This document shows, one piece after another, positions 23,005 to 33,716 of a stretch of DNA of 64,000 bases; within the stretch, counting starts at the first letter, position 1; every line of letters begins with the position of its first letter. Under the pieces are notes generated by a model. It was not told the origin of the DNA, searched no databases, and saw only the letters and a list, made by a program, of their open reading frames with translations. This stretch comes from an uncultured Methanosarcinaceae archaeon (GTDB lineage: Archaea > Halobacteriota > Methanosarcinia > Methanosarcinales > Methanosarcinaceae): NCBI GenBank assembly GCA_963727895.1, contig CAVSHT010000009.1, positions 64,001 to 128,000 on the forward strand. Reading direction: 5' to 3'. A program made the translations under genes and the position numbers.

Positions 23005-23742
23005 ATAATTCAAATTAGGAGAATTAGAGAAAACAGGGCATAGAAATTAGAACGTATTCTCTATGTCCTAAAATATAATTTATATTTAGGGTCAAAAAAT
23101 ATAAGCAATGAAAATCTTCTTTTCTTATACTCAAGATATTAGTTATCAAGCCTTTTTTATAGCCACTTTTTCCTTTTTTCAAACCTATAATAAAATACAA
23201 TAAGCAAAAAAGACTGAATCTTTGTATTCATATTCTATAAAAATTAGGCATTGTTACTTAACTATAGCTAGTTCTTTATTTCTGTATTTCATCAATAGAA
23301 TAACCGAGTACTTTAGCATTTCAATACTTTTCGTATAACACTTTGTCTTTCTTCTCAACCTTGCCAAAAAGTGCCTCAATATGCTGTTATATCCTTCAAC
23401 AGTATACGTTTCTGCTTTTGATTGAGTATGACTCTTTTCTGGAAGAAACTCTGCATATGCTCTCCAGTGATCGGTCATCACTTCTCCGATCTCTTTTTTC
23501 TTCAATTTTTCCATAGTCGTTTTCCAGTTTCCGTTCCTCTGCTATCAAAAGAGCAGTTGATGAACTTTTTCCCAACTCTATCAACAGCAATCCAGATCCA
23601 GCAATATTTTTTTTGTTACCGATGTAAGTGTACATTTCATCCATTTCAACAATAGATATCTCATTTTCACTTTTTAGGTCCTCTAACTCCTGACCAAATT
23701 TCTTTATCCATCTTTGGACAGAAACATGACTCACCCCTAAAA

Positions 23743-25250
23743 CGCACATGCTTTTCTTCGAATAACAAGCACAACTAATGAAAGTACTCTCCGTTCTTTT
23801 TTTTGACTATTAAGCCCTCATTACCTTGGGCAGTAAGGTTGTCTCGATTTTGGTTTTTCAAAACCGTCCTAAAACTAATCAGTGAATTGCCATCGAAGGC
23901 TCAAGTGTGACTTTGATCACGGATGCTAAATTGGCCTTTTAGGCAATTCCACTGCCCAAATAAATTTGGTGATCTAATTTGATTGAAGTCATAAACAAAG
24001 CTTGTGGTTTAGACATTCACAAACTCTTTTTCATTGCTACAATTCTCAGTAGATCTGGTGAAAAACAACAGCAACGTTTCAACAGAGATGATGAAGGAAT
24101 TTTAGCCCTTAAAAATTGGGTAATATCAGAAAAATGTGATGTTGTTGCATGTGAATCAACCAGCGAATTTTAGGTTCCGATTCATGATTCATTGGTAAAG
24201 CATCTAACTGTGATAGTTGGAAATGCGCGAGATATGAAGGTATTTACCCATACAAAAACAGATAAGATTGACTCAGAAGTCATTGCACAACTTGCACTTA
24301 ATAATATGATTCAGCCATCAAGAGTTTTTCCAAAGGATCATATAGATTTTAGATCATATGTTCGACTTCGGTTAACACTTGTACAAAAAAGAACAGATTT
24401 AAAAAATAAAGCTCACTCAATTCTTGCATCTGAAATGCTACACCTGAATAATGTTCTGACAGACGTTTTTGGCAAGAATGACAGAATGATCTTATTAGGA
24501 ATCTCTTCAGGTAAGAGTGTTGATCAGATTATTGCAAGCCTCTCTCCAAATGTTCGGAAAAAAGCTGCTCAGATAAGAGAAATTCTTGATCGAGAAATTT
24601 CTCAAAGTGCTGCATTTAGACTTCAGATCTGTCTGATACTCATAAAAAGTCTTGATGATGAACTCGAAGCTTTAGAAACAGAAATTTTCAATTATGCTTC
24701 TCGAAATCATAAGCGAGAAATGGAGATTTTAATGTCAGTTCCAGGTATAGGGGAACTTGGTGCGGCAATTTTACTTGCTGAAATAGGCAACTTTAAGGAT
24801 TTTTCTTCTGGAAATAAGCTTGCTTCTTGGCTTGGTCTAGTTCCTAATGTGTATCAATCTGCAGATAAATACTATAACGGCAGAATCACAAAGAGGGGAT
24901 CAAAAGTAGCAAGGTGGATTCTGACACAGATTGCTCAAGCAGCAGCAAGAAAGAAGAATAGCAGGTTAAAAGAGTTTTTTAACAGAAAAAAGAAGTCGAT
25001 TGGAAATGCAAAAGCAATTATTGCCTTAGCAAGGAAAATTGCAACGATACTATGGCATCTTATTACAAACGATGAGATGGACGAAGATGAAACCGGATAT
25101 CAAAAGGGAGAAATCCAAAAGAGAAAGATTATTGAAACTGAGATTTTTTCGGTTGATGAACTGATTAAAATAATTAGTGAAATATTTACGATTATGGGGA
25201 AAAAGAATCAAGAGAGCACGTGAGGATAATCTCCTCATGTACTTTCATGC
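23743..25250 (+). mobile_element. IS110-family element
   Basis: Interrupts IS1 precisely; CTAAAA at both junctions; no long terminal inverted repeats. Confidence 0.88.
23979..25223 (+). CDS. IS110 DEDD recombinase/transposase with in-frame TAG at 24171-24173
   Basis: GLDIHK, EST, KTDKIDS, VPGIG, GL.P..YQSA, ITKRG, ALARK; the two ORFs are in the same frame. Confidence 0.88.
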
Positions 25251-25768
25251 TAAAATCTTCCTATTGAACGAAAGCCTAATCCTTCAAGGTAAAGTTGTAA
25301 AGCCTGTCTTTTTACAGAGGCGGAAAAAGCAGTTGATTTTAGCTTTACTGTATAGTTATATCCACAATCATGGCATTTGTAGCGTTGACGCCCACCAACT
25401 ATACCGTTCTTTTTGTGACTGGAACTATTGCATATGGGGCAGTTCATGAAGAAATATATGTTATAAGCATATATATCTATTTTTGATTACCGATGCCAAA
25501 AATCATTGTAAAAATTTATAAATCATATATTGGAATACTAAAATAGTTTGTGGAGAATGTAAGATTGAAAAGAAGCTTTATAGAAACATCTCTTGATGGT
25601 TATTTAATTGAAATTACGTTTGAGTTTTTAATTCTAGTAGATATTTTCGTAAATGTTGAGAATTCCACAAATCCAATTTTTAGAGATAAATAACCAGAAA
25701 AATTGAAAAATTGAAGTGAACTGAAAATAAAAACAGAATCTATGTAGGGAAAGAAAAGATAGAAAGTG

Positions 25769-26500
25769 TTATTCTTCACTTTCTCTTGCGATTGCAACAA
25801 GCTCATTCACACATGCAACAGCCATTGGAGTTCCGCCTCTTGTCCCCACACAGCTAATAGAAGGCACAGGGATTTCCAGACTTCTGACTATTTCCTTGGA
25901 TTCGGCTGCATTTACGAAGCCTACCGGAAGCCCAATAATAAGGGCCGGTCTCACGCCTTTTTCGATAAGTTTGCAGACCATAATAAGGGCAGAAGGCGCA
26001 TTTCCTATTGCAATAATACTTCCATCCAGTCGATCTCGAGAAGCAAGGAAGCCTGCTGATGTACGTGTAATTCCGTACTTGTTAGCAATTTCAGCATTAG
26101 GATCTTCATCGAGCACACAAATAATTTCGGATTTATGCCCTGCCTTCGTAATTCCGGCTTTTACCATATTAATGTCCACGAAAATCGGAGCGCCTTTTTT
26201 AATTGCTTCTACTCCTGCAGGAATAGGATTATGCATAAAGCGCATTATTTCAGCTACAGAAAGGTCTCCAGTAGCAATTACACAACGCTGGCGGAAACGA
26301 TCTTCAGGTGTTTTGTTCCCAATAATTTCTTGAATCATTGTCCGACTTTTCATGTAGATAGCTTTAGCTTCTTCAGTTCTTGCTCCAGAATCCTTACAAA
26401 TACTTACAAGTTCAGGATTGACATCAACTGTAAGCTCTGTAAACTCTTCAAGATTTTCGATGTTTACAGGCTTCTCATTATCATTCTGTTCAGTAGTCAT
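25769..26500 (-). CDS. cbiC: Cobalt-precorrin-8 methylmutase
   Basis: TRTSAG, IGNAPSAL, G.PVGFV.A.ESK, RGG. Confidence 0.92.
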   Translation of the reverse strand: MTTEQNDNEKPVNIENLEEFTELTVDVNPELVSICKDSGARTEEAKAIYMKSRTMIQEIIGNKTPEDRFRQRCVIATGDLSVAEIMRFMHNPIPAGVEAIKKGAPIFVDINMVKAGITKAGHKSEIICVLDEDPNAEIANKYGITRTSAGFLASRDRLDGSIIAIGNAPSALIMVCKLIEKGVRPALIIGLPVGFVNAAESKEIVRSLEIPVPSISCVGTRGGTPMAVACVNELVAIARESEE

Positions 26501-27290
26501 ACTTTTTTTGATACCCCCTGGGAGTGATTATGAAATCCTTCTTTTGAGAATTCCAGATTCTAGAATCTCCATTTCCAATAAGGATCGTAGTACTCATATC
26601 TACCCAATCTTCGTATTCCATAACTTTTCCTAGAGTTGTTACGATCCTGTTTTCACCTTCACCTCTGAGAGCATTTTTCACAAGCCCTACAGGTACTGAA
26701 TCTGCTTTGTACTGACGAATAATTTCTATAGCTCTGAAAAAATTGGACTGTCTCTTGCGGCTCTTCGGATTGTAAAGAGCCATTACGAAATCAGCTTCTG
26801 CAGCAAGATTGAGACGTTTTTCAATAACATCCCAGGGAGTGAGGAGGTCGCTCAGGCTGATAACTGCAAAGTCCGTTACAACAGGTGCGCCAAGCATGCT
26901 TGCACCGGCCAAAATTGCCGTAACTCCTGGAAGAACCTCTATATCAACTTCAAGTCCTTCATGTTCAGCAACCTCAAGCACAATGCCTGCCATGCCATAT
27001 ACATTTGTGTCCCCGCCGCTGACCATGGCAACATTTGCAACTTTTGCAAGCTCCACAGCCTTTCTTGCTCTATCCACCTCTTTACCCATATAACTTCTAA
27101 TAACTTCTTGAGTTCCAAGGAGGCTTGCTATCTGGTCCAGGTAAGTCCCGTTTCCGAGCACATAATCGGCTTTAAGGATTACATCTCTGGCTTTAATCGT
27201 CATCTGTTCTACAGATCCCGGCCCGATGCCTACGATGTAAAGTTTTCCTCCGGTTTCTTTATTTTGCGATTGCGATTGTGACTCTACCAT
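26490..27290 (-). CDS. cbiH: Cobalt-precorrin-3 C17-methyltransferase
   Basis: VGIGPG, SGGD..VYGMAG, ISLSDLLTPW, LYNP.S. Confidence 0.92.
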   Translation of the reverse strand: MVESQSQSQNKETGGKLYIVGIGPGSVEQMTIKARDVILKADYVLGNGTYLDQIASLLGTQEVIRSYMGKEVDRARKAVELAKVANVAMVSGGDTNVYGMAGIVLEVAEHEGLEVDIEVLPGVTAILAGASMLGAPVVTDFAVISLSDLLTPWDVIEKRLNLAAEADFVMALYNPKSRKRQSNFFRAIEIIRQYKADSVPVGLVKNALRGEGENRIVTTLGKVMEYEDWVDMSTTILIGNGDSRIWNSQKKDFIITPRGYQKKYDY

Positions 27291-27612
27291 AGATTTTCTT
27301 CCTGCAAATTAATTGTTTTTCTTCTGAAAGGGCGAGAGCTGCAGGTTCTGCAACTCCTTTTAATCCAAAACGGGAAGCCTGAGATGATGAAGGGGGATTA
27401 TATTTGTTTAACGTTTCATCCGGCAAAAAATCTAATGGAATGCCAAGCATCTCTCCTGCCTCCAGAAGCCCTTTTTCATTTTCTTTAAGTCTCGTAGAAG
27501 CTAAAGCCGTAACTTCCTTCAGGCTCAGACCACACTCGTCAAGAGCCTGGTTTACGGCTTCAATGACCTCTTCTTTTGTAATGCCCCTACGAGTTCCAAT
27601 TCCAATTATCAT
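27259..27612 (-). CDS. cbiG: CbiG C-terminal domain protein
   Basis: GIG.RRG, K..E.GL, GVAEPAAL, VTIAIA. Confidence 0.85.
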   Translation of the reverse strand: MIIGIGTRRGITKEEVIEAVNQALDECGLSLKEVTALASTRLKENEKGLLEAGEMLGIPLDFLPDETLNKYNPPSSSQASRFGLKGVAEPAALALSEEKQLICRKKIYGRVTIAIAK

Positions 27613-27676
27613 CCGTTATCGTCTCTGATTCTTAACACATTCCATTGTCAGGTTAATTAGCGTAAGTGCTGATAAG

Positions 27677-28261
27677 TTAATTTTCAGCTCTATTGGTGTT
27701 AATTTTACTATCATCTTTCACTTCTTCATTTTCCTGACGTTTTCTTACGAGCACGGATACATCTTCATCTACAACAATAATTTTAGGTCCTTTAACCTCA
27801 AGAACTTCGATTTCCTGATCAAGGAGTGCGCAATTTACAACTACAGTGGATTCTTTGTTGAAGATACTGCAGCCTAACTTATCAGCAATACCTTCTACTG
27901 AGGGTTTACCATGAACTTCAGTCGCTGTTGTAAGCACAGGAACTGCTCCAAGATCAGAAAGTTTCCGGGCAATTTCATTTGCACCGTGATGTCCTCCAAG
28001 CAGAGGAATTGCGAAATTCAAGTTTGAATCTACTACAACCACGGCAGGATCAGACCATTTATTATCAAGAAGAGGAGCAATATCTCTAACCACAATGCCT
28101 GTGGCAAAGACTGCAATTATTGCCCCATAGCTTTTAAAAGCCTTTTCGAATATTCCCTTTTTGTAAAGAAGCAAGTCTGCGTTCAGATGTTCTGCTATCC
28201 TTGACGCAATATCCTGATTTCTCTCAAAAGTAATTACAACGGCTCCTGAGCTACTCCGTAT
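27677..28261 (-). CDS. cbiG: CbiG N-terminal domain protein (possible ATA start)
   Basis: ATGIVVR.IAP...KW.DPAVVV, GGHHGAN, TTATE; frame open up to ATA 28261 with SD AGGAGGT. Confidence 0.85.
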   Translation of the reverse strand: MRSSSGAVVITFERNQDIASRIAEHLNADLLLYKKGIFEKAFKSYGAIIAVFATGIVVRDIAPLLDNKWSDPAVVVVDSNLNFAIPLLGGHHGANEIARKLSDLGAVPVLTTATEVHGKPSVEGIADKLGCSIFNKESTVVVNCALLDQEIEVLEVKGPKIIVVDEDVSVLVRKRQENEEVKDDSKINTNRAEN

Positions 28262-28962
28262 AAATAGGACCTCCTGTAGTTTTTAGGGTCAACAACCCCA
28301 CCGATAATGATCATTGCTGAACGTGTAATTCCTGCATCTTTTACCTTATCTGCAATATCTTCCACAGTTCCGGTGATGACTTCCTCATCTTCCCAGGATG
28401 CATGAAACACTACTGCTACAGGCGTATCCTTAGAGCAGTGAACCTTTTCCATAATTTCTCTGATTTTCTGCGTGCCAAGGAAAATCGCCATAGTAGTATT
28501 GTAGGCAGAAAGCTCGGGAATAAGGTCTTTTTCCAGCGTTTTTCCTGCAGGACGGGTAATAATGAGAGTTTCTGAAACGCCATTAAGCGTCAACTGTGTA
28601 CCGAGAGCAGCAGCGCTTGCAAAAACCGATGAGACTCCGGCAACTCTTTCGACTTCGATATTGTACTTTCTAAGTTCTTCCATTTGTTCTATGACGGAAC
28701 CATATAGAGACGGGTCTCCACTGTGTAGACGAACAACGAATTTTCCTGCATCTACAGCATCTGCAATTATTTTAGTAGTTTCATAGAGAGTTAACCCATA
28801 ACTGTCCACTGTTTCTCCCTTAGTGTAACTAAGTACCTCAGGATTTACTAGAGAGCCTGCGTACATTACAAGGTCAGCTTTTTCAAGCATTTCACGCCCA
28901 AGTACGGTAATAAGTTTAGGATTTCCTGGACCTGCTCCCACAAAATACACTTTTCTTTCCAT
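28234..28962 (-). CDS. cbiF: Cobalt-precorrin-4 C11-methyltransferase
   Basis: [27 protein letters not shown]. Confidence 0.92.
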   Translation of the reverse strand: MERKVYFVGAGPGNPKLITVLGREMLEKADLVMYAGSLVNPEVLSYTKGETVDSYGLTLYETTKIIADAVDAGKFVVRLHSGDPSLYGSVIEQMEELRKYNIEVERVAGVSSVFASAAALGTQLTLNGVSETLIITRPAGKTLEKDLIPELSAYNTTMAIFLGTQKIREIMEKVHCSKDTPVAVVFHASWEDEEVITGTVEDIADKVKDAGITRSAMIIIGGVVDPKNYRRSYLYGVAQEPL

Positions 28963-29036
28963 CTGACCATTCCCTTTATTATCGTGATTTGTTTCAAACT
29001 TAGTACTGAGTTCCGAAAATATTACATCGGGTATTT

Positions 29037-29645
29037 TCACTTTTTTCCATAAATAATACTGAAGTAGTTGCCTTTTTCCGGAATTTCGTCCTTGTTCTGA
29101 ATAATAAGCTCGTTGTCCGAAAAGAGTCTTTCTGCAAAGATAAATTCTGTATATCCTTCAGTTTCAAGCTGTTTAACAATGGACTTCGGTTTTGTAGCCT
29201 TCAAGTGAATCTTATATCCGATCTCAGAACCGTCACGGACCTCAAAAGAACTTTCAACTGCAACATCAGTCCTGGCAGCAAAGGAAGTGATAGAACTTAT
29301 GCCAGGCACGGTTGAAACTTCAACATCTGGATAATGTTTACACATCACTTTTTTGAGGTGGGAAAACGTAGAGAAAAAGTTAGGGTCGCCTATGAGCCCA
29401 AAAGCTACTGTGCCTTTTCTTGCCTCTTCTGCCACCCTGTCTGCATTTTCCTTCCAGAGGGAATTGAGAACTTCAATATCTCTGATCATGGGAAACTCAA
29501 GGATTTCAGCATCTGCATAAGGAGCCACAAGATCTTTTGCCATACGGCCTGGCACATATACCTTATCGCTGTTTTTCAAAACGTCCACTGCTTTGAGAGT
29601 CAGAAGTTCAGGGTCTCCAGGACCAAGTCCTACTCCTATTAACAT
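29037..29645 (-). CDS. cbiL: Cobalt-factor II C20-methyltransferase
   Basis: GVG.GPGDPEL.TLKA, FPM, GDP.FFSTF, PGISS. Confidence 0.9.
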   Translation of the reverse strand: MLIGVGLGPGDPELLTLKAVDVLKNSDKVYVPGRMAKDLVAPYADAEILEFPMIRDIEVLNSLWKENADRVAEEARKGTVAFGLIGDPNFFSTFSHLKKVMCKHYPDVEVSTVPGISSITSFAARTDVAVESSFEVRDGSEIGYKIHLKATKPKSIVKQLETEGYTEFIFAERLFSDNELIIQNKDEIPEKGNYFSIIYGKK

Positions 29646-29699
29646 ACTATCGCTCCATTAATTATAAATGTAAAACAGATTTAAATTATAAGATAATTT

Positions 29700-30254
29700 T
29701 CAGTTTTGCTTTTTTCCGACAATGATGTATACAGGGTTTTCAGGTTTGAACATTGTCTCGCCGGCAATCGGGGCACTTCTTGAAACTGAAATATGAATTA
29801 CTTCTTCAAAAATTCCAAGTTTTTTCATTGCCTCTATTGTCCTAACAACCGTTTCTATTCGAACGGCATTTACCACGATACTTCGCGTTTTTTTCGTTAC
29901 AAGTTTTTCAAGTACGGAACCAATATTTTTTGTCCCGCCTACAAAAGCACAGTCAATAATATCTATAAAATTATCATCACTTAGGAGGTCTGAGGCTTCA
30001 CCAGCTAAAATCTTAGCATTTTTTATATTAAAATTTTTAAAATTTGTTTCGGTAGCTGTAAGAGCTTCTTTTCGAGAATCTATAGCATATATGGTTAAAT
30101 TTTGGGCAATCTTTGATGCTTCAATAGATACTGATCCAGTACCGCAACCAACGTCTGCAAACCGATCTCCATCCCGCAGCCCAAGTTTGGAAAGAGATAC
30201 AGCAATGATTTCAGGTTTTGTTGGACCGCCGCTAACACTTACTATTTCGGACAT
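29700..30254 (-). CDS. cbiT: Cobalt-precorrin-6B C15-methyltransferase (decarboxylating)
   Basis: GPTK.EI, DVGCGTGSVS.E, FVGG, NPVYI. Confidence 0.9.
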   Translation of the reverse strand: MSEIVSVSGGPTKPEIIAVSLSKLGLRDGDRFADVGCGTGSVSIEASKIAQNLTIYAIDSRKEALTATETNFKNFNIKNAKILAGEASDLLSDDNFIDIIDCAFVGGTKNIGSVLEKLVTKKTRSIVVNAVRIETVVRTIEAMKKLGIFEEVIHISVSRSAPIAGETMFKPENPVYIIVGKKQN

Positions 30255-30962
30255 GTTTTTCCTCGTGAGAAAAATAAAGCAAATTAACAACCTAAATAAA
30301 TGTACACTGGTATATTTTTAATTTTATATTTGGGCCGTTGTAACATAGGCCAAAAGATACGGGTTATTAAATAATTATATAATGCACATACAAACAATTG
30401 AAATTAGACTTTTTAGATTAACCCGATTATAAATATAATTTGTTATAGATATACCTTATTACCGAGAAGAAGGGCATAATAGGAAAGTAAACTTTCATGA
30501 AAAACTCTATAAAAAGAAGGCAAACCTTCTAAAAGAATACTTGATACTAATTCTGTATATTCTTACTATTAACATAAAATAATCTTTTTTAGAAGTATGG
30601 GACTTTTCTAACGAAAAGGAAGTGGCATCTCCTATCAGTTTTAGTGCGTTAAAATTTAGTAACTATTGTGAATATGGATTAGACCGTTTGGAAGAAAGAG
30701 ATTTTAACTATGACAACATATAATAAATTAATAATTGGTATTCACAGAAGATACCGTTTTGAATAGCAAAGGTAAGTACTCCCAAAATAAATGGTTTTTT
30801 AAACAAGAAGCTGGAGTTCTTATGCCAATTACAACTTAGATTAAATAAAACTGATTTTCTGCTCTGTATACCTGAAATAGATCTTTTTCATAGGAAAACC
30901 CACAACGAAAGTCTGCTTTCTCGATGTAGGTCCCTACAGCCTGAAAAAAGGAGGAATAAGTA

Positions 30963-32282
30963 ATGAAAATTTACGAATCATATGACGATCTGCCCAAACT
31001 AAAGCTGCCTTATGGAAATGACGTATACATAAGTGATAGCACTATCCGTGATGGTTCTCAGATGCCGGGGATAGTTTTGAGCAGAGAACACAAGCTTCAA
31101 ATCTATGAGTATCTGCACGAAATAGGAATTGAAAAATTAGAGGCTTTCGTATTTAACAAAAGGGATAGAGATGCTGTAGATCGAATGTTTGATATTGGAT
31201 ATGAGTCTCCAGAAATTACAGGGTGGGCAAGAGCTTCAAGAGCCGATATAGATAAAATTCTCGAAGTAGATGGGATTAAAGAAACCGGAATTTTGATGTC
31301 TGTATCAGATACGCATATTTTTTCCAAAATGAAGCTCTCAGGCAGAGCAGAAGCCGAAGAGAAATATCTGGATGCCCTTCAATATGCAGTAGATCATGGA
31401 CTTAGAACAAGGGCTCATCTTGAAGATATGACAAGGGCAGATAACTATGGTTTTGTTTTTCCGTTAGTTGAAAAAATTATGGAAATTGATCCTGATTGTA
31501 TTATTCGGGTCTGCGACACTGTTGGATACGGTATGCCCTTCGCCAGTATAGATGAGCCTTATGGAATCCCGAAAATTGTTCAGTATCTCAAAAAAGAGAT
31601 AGGGGTAAAAAATATAGAAACCCATATCCATGATGATTATGGATTTGGGTCAGCAAGTTCTATTGCAGGTTTCTGGCATGGTGCTAATTGGACAAGTGTA
31701 ACTTTTTTGGGTATAGGAGAACGTGCAGGAAATAGCGAGATGGAAAAAATTCTGCTTTTCCTGCAAGATAGAGTAGAGGGCTTTAATAAGTATAACCTTG
31801 AACCGGTTACCCGATTTGCAGCATTCATGGAAAAAGAACTCGGATTACGGGTTCCAAGAAATAAAGCTGTTGTCGGAAAAAATATTTTTGCCCACGAATC
31901 CGGAATACATGCTGCAGGTGTCCTCAAAAATCCTTTTAACTATGAGCCCTACCCTCCAGAACTGGTAGGAGGAAAGCGGTTCTTGCTTATTGGTGACTCT
32001 TCGGGTCTGGAAGTTATCCGCTATAAAGTTCAGGAGACTTTAAATGACCTTTTAGATGTTGAAACTATTGTGGAAAAAGATGACAGTAGACTTTTAAGAA
32101 TCCAAACCGACATTCAACAACTCTACAACAACGAAGAAAGAGTTTCCTGTATATCGGATGAAGAACTTCTTGCTTATGTGGAAAAATATTTTCTTTATCA
32201 ACCAATCTGCAACCCAACACATACAGGTAGGCGAAAATTGAAAAGCAAAGGAAAAATAGTCGATTCTGATGAAAAATATTGA
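30963..32282 (+). CDS. DRE-TIM acyl-CoA condensing enzyme (homocitrate/isopropylmalate/Re-citrate synthase family)
   Basis: DSTIRDG.Q, H.HDD.G, GIGERAGN, HESGIH; no LeuA regulatory domain. Confidence 0.85.
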   Translation: MKIYESYDDLPKLKLPYGNDVYISDSTIRDGSQMPGIVLSREHKLQIYEYLHEIGIEKLEAFVFNKRDRDAVDRMFDIGYESPEITGWARASRADIDKILEVDGIKETGILMSVSDTHIFSKMKLSGRAEAEEKYLDALQYAVDHGLRTRAHLEDMTRADNYGFVFPLVEKIMEIDPDCIIRVCDTVGYGMPFASIDEPYGIPKIVQYLKKEIGVKNIETHIHDDYGFGSASSIAGFWHGANWTSVTFLGIGERAGNSEMEKILLFLQDRVEGFNKYNLEPVTRFAAFMEKELGLRVPRNKAVVGKNIFAHESGIHAAGVLKNPFNYEPYPPELVGGKRFLLIGDSSGLEVIRYKVQETLNDLLDVETIVEKDDSRLLRIQTDIQQLYNNEERVSCISDEELLAYVEKYFLYQPICNPTHTGRRKLKSKGKIVDSDEKY

Positions 32283-32308
32283 AGGAATAAAGTTCCTTCA
32301 GTAGACTC

Positions 32309-33337
32309 TTATTTAAAAATTTCTGCTGTATACTTTGCGATCTCACTGGTCATCTGACTGAGTTTTGCATTACCGCCGAGATCGTAAGTTACAAATTTAC
32401 CTTCGGAAATTACCCGCTTTGTAGCTTCAAATATCGCTTCAGACTTCTCTTTTTCACCAAAGTAATCAAGCATCCATGCGCCTGCAAGTACAGTTGCAAC
32501 AGGATTTACTTTATCTTGACCTGCATATTTTGGAGCTGAACCATGAGCAGGTTCAAACATTGCAAAATAATCCCCAATATTGGCAGAGTATATTAGCCCA
32601 ATGCTGCCTACAAGAGCTGAGCATTCTTCACTGATTACGTCCATAAACAGGTTTGTAGAAAGGAGAACCTTTTTATTGAAAATCTGCGGGTTCTTGATCA
32701 ATTGTTGAGCAATGTTATCTATGTGATAGGGCCAGATCTCGATGTCAGGATAGCCCTGTCCAACCTTTTCGACCTCTTCTAAGAAGGAACCACAGGTCAG
32801 TTTTAGAATATTGCTCTTATGGATGGGCACAACAGCATCATAGCCTCTTCTTTTAGCTTCCTCAAAAGCGTAATTGGCAATTTTATGGGATGCTGTACGT
32901 GTAATTTTACGAATTGCAATTGAGACATCGTCTGTCAGCTGAATTTCTTCTCCAATGTAGAGGCCCTCTGTACCTTCACGTACACAAACCATTTCTACAT
33001 CTCCGAGAGGCGCACTTGAATTAGGGAAAGTCTTGACTGGCCTTACATTAGCATAGAGATCATATTTTGTCCTGATAGATACAGCCACACTTCTAGGAGA
33101 GCCGATACCTCCAGGAGTAGTTGTTGGACCTTTAAAACAGGCATCTGAACTATCAAGGATTTTCCATGTTTCATCAGGAATAAGAGAATTGCCTCCTTGC
33201 TTTTTCCACCATTCAGCTCCTGCTTCACACATAACGAATTCAACATCTGTACCAGCGGCTTCTACAACTTTAAGCATTGCGTCTACAAGTTCGGGGCCTA
33301 CCCCGTCACCTTTGATTACTGCTGCGGTTTTACTCAT
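32309..33337 (-). CDS. Isocitrate/isopropylmalate dehydrogenase family protein
   Basis: GDGVGPE, LYANVRP, NLFMDVISE, EPAHGSAP. Confidence 0.9.
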   Translation of the reverse strand: MSKTAAVIKGDGVGPELVDAMLKVVEAAGTDVEFVMCEAGAEWWKKQGGNSLIPDETWKILDSSDACFKGPTTTPGGIGSPRSVAVSIRTKYDLYANVRPVKTFPNSSAPLGDVEMVCVREGTEGLYIGEEIQLTDDVSIAIRKITRTASHKIANYAFEEAKRRGYDAVVPIHKSNILKLTCGSFLEEVEKVGQGYPDIEIWPYHIDNIAQQLIKNPQIFNKKVLLSTNLFMDVISEECSALVGSIGLIYSANIGDYFAMFEPAHGSAPKYAGQDKVNPVATVLAGAWMLDYFGEKEKSEAIFEATKRVISEGKFVTYDLGGNAKLSQMTSEIAKYTAEIFK

Positions 33338-33716
33338 ATTATCACCAGATCTTAGGGTTCGTATTTAAAGAACCGTAGCGCCTGAAAACTAAGAAAGCGG
33401 AACTATTCGAAAATTCGGTATAAATAATTGGATATTCCCGCCGTACTCAACTTAAGGCCATATATTTCAAGTTTTGGGTAATTAATGATATTCTAAACAA
33501 TCTTTAAAGTGAAATCAAATTCAAAAAAATCTGATCCATTATATATACATTTGCACACTTTTTTGAAAAATCATATCTATATTTTCTGAGAATATCAATC
33601 CATACTTACCCTGAAATTTCAATAAAGAAAATAAGATCTTTAGTCAAAAACAGGAAATTTCAAAAAATGCTAACCTTAATCAAATGCAAGAAGCTTCATA
33701 CCTTTGAGGAATAAAA

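Larger units (their letters stand above)
23247..25497 (-). mobile_element. IS1-family element (copy 3) interrupted by IS110
   Basis: Ends GGCATTG / CGATGCC; InsA zinc finger MNCPIC...YKCHDC at 25250-25447 and InsB part at 23254-23740; near-TSD AAAAATTA/AAAAATCA. Confidence 0.9.

Noticed and set aside
30300..30960. Long intergenic region before the cbi operon as a cobalamin riboswitch
   Set aside because: No recognisable B12-box or conserved core seen
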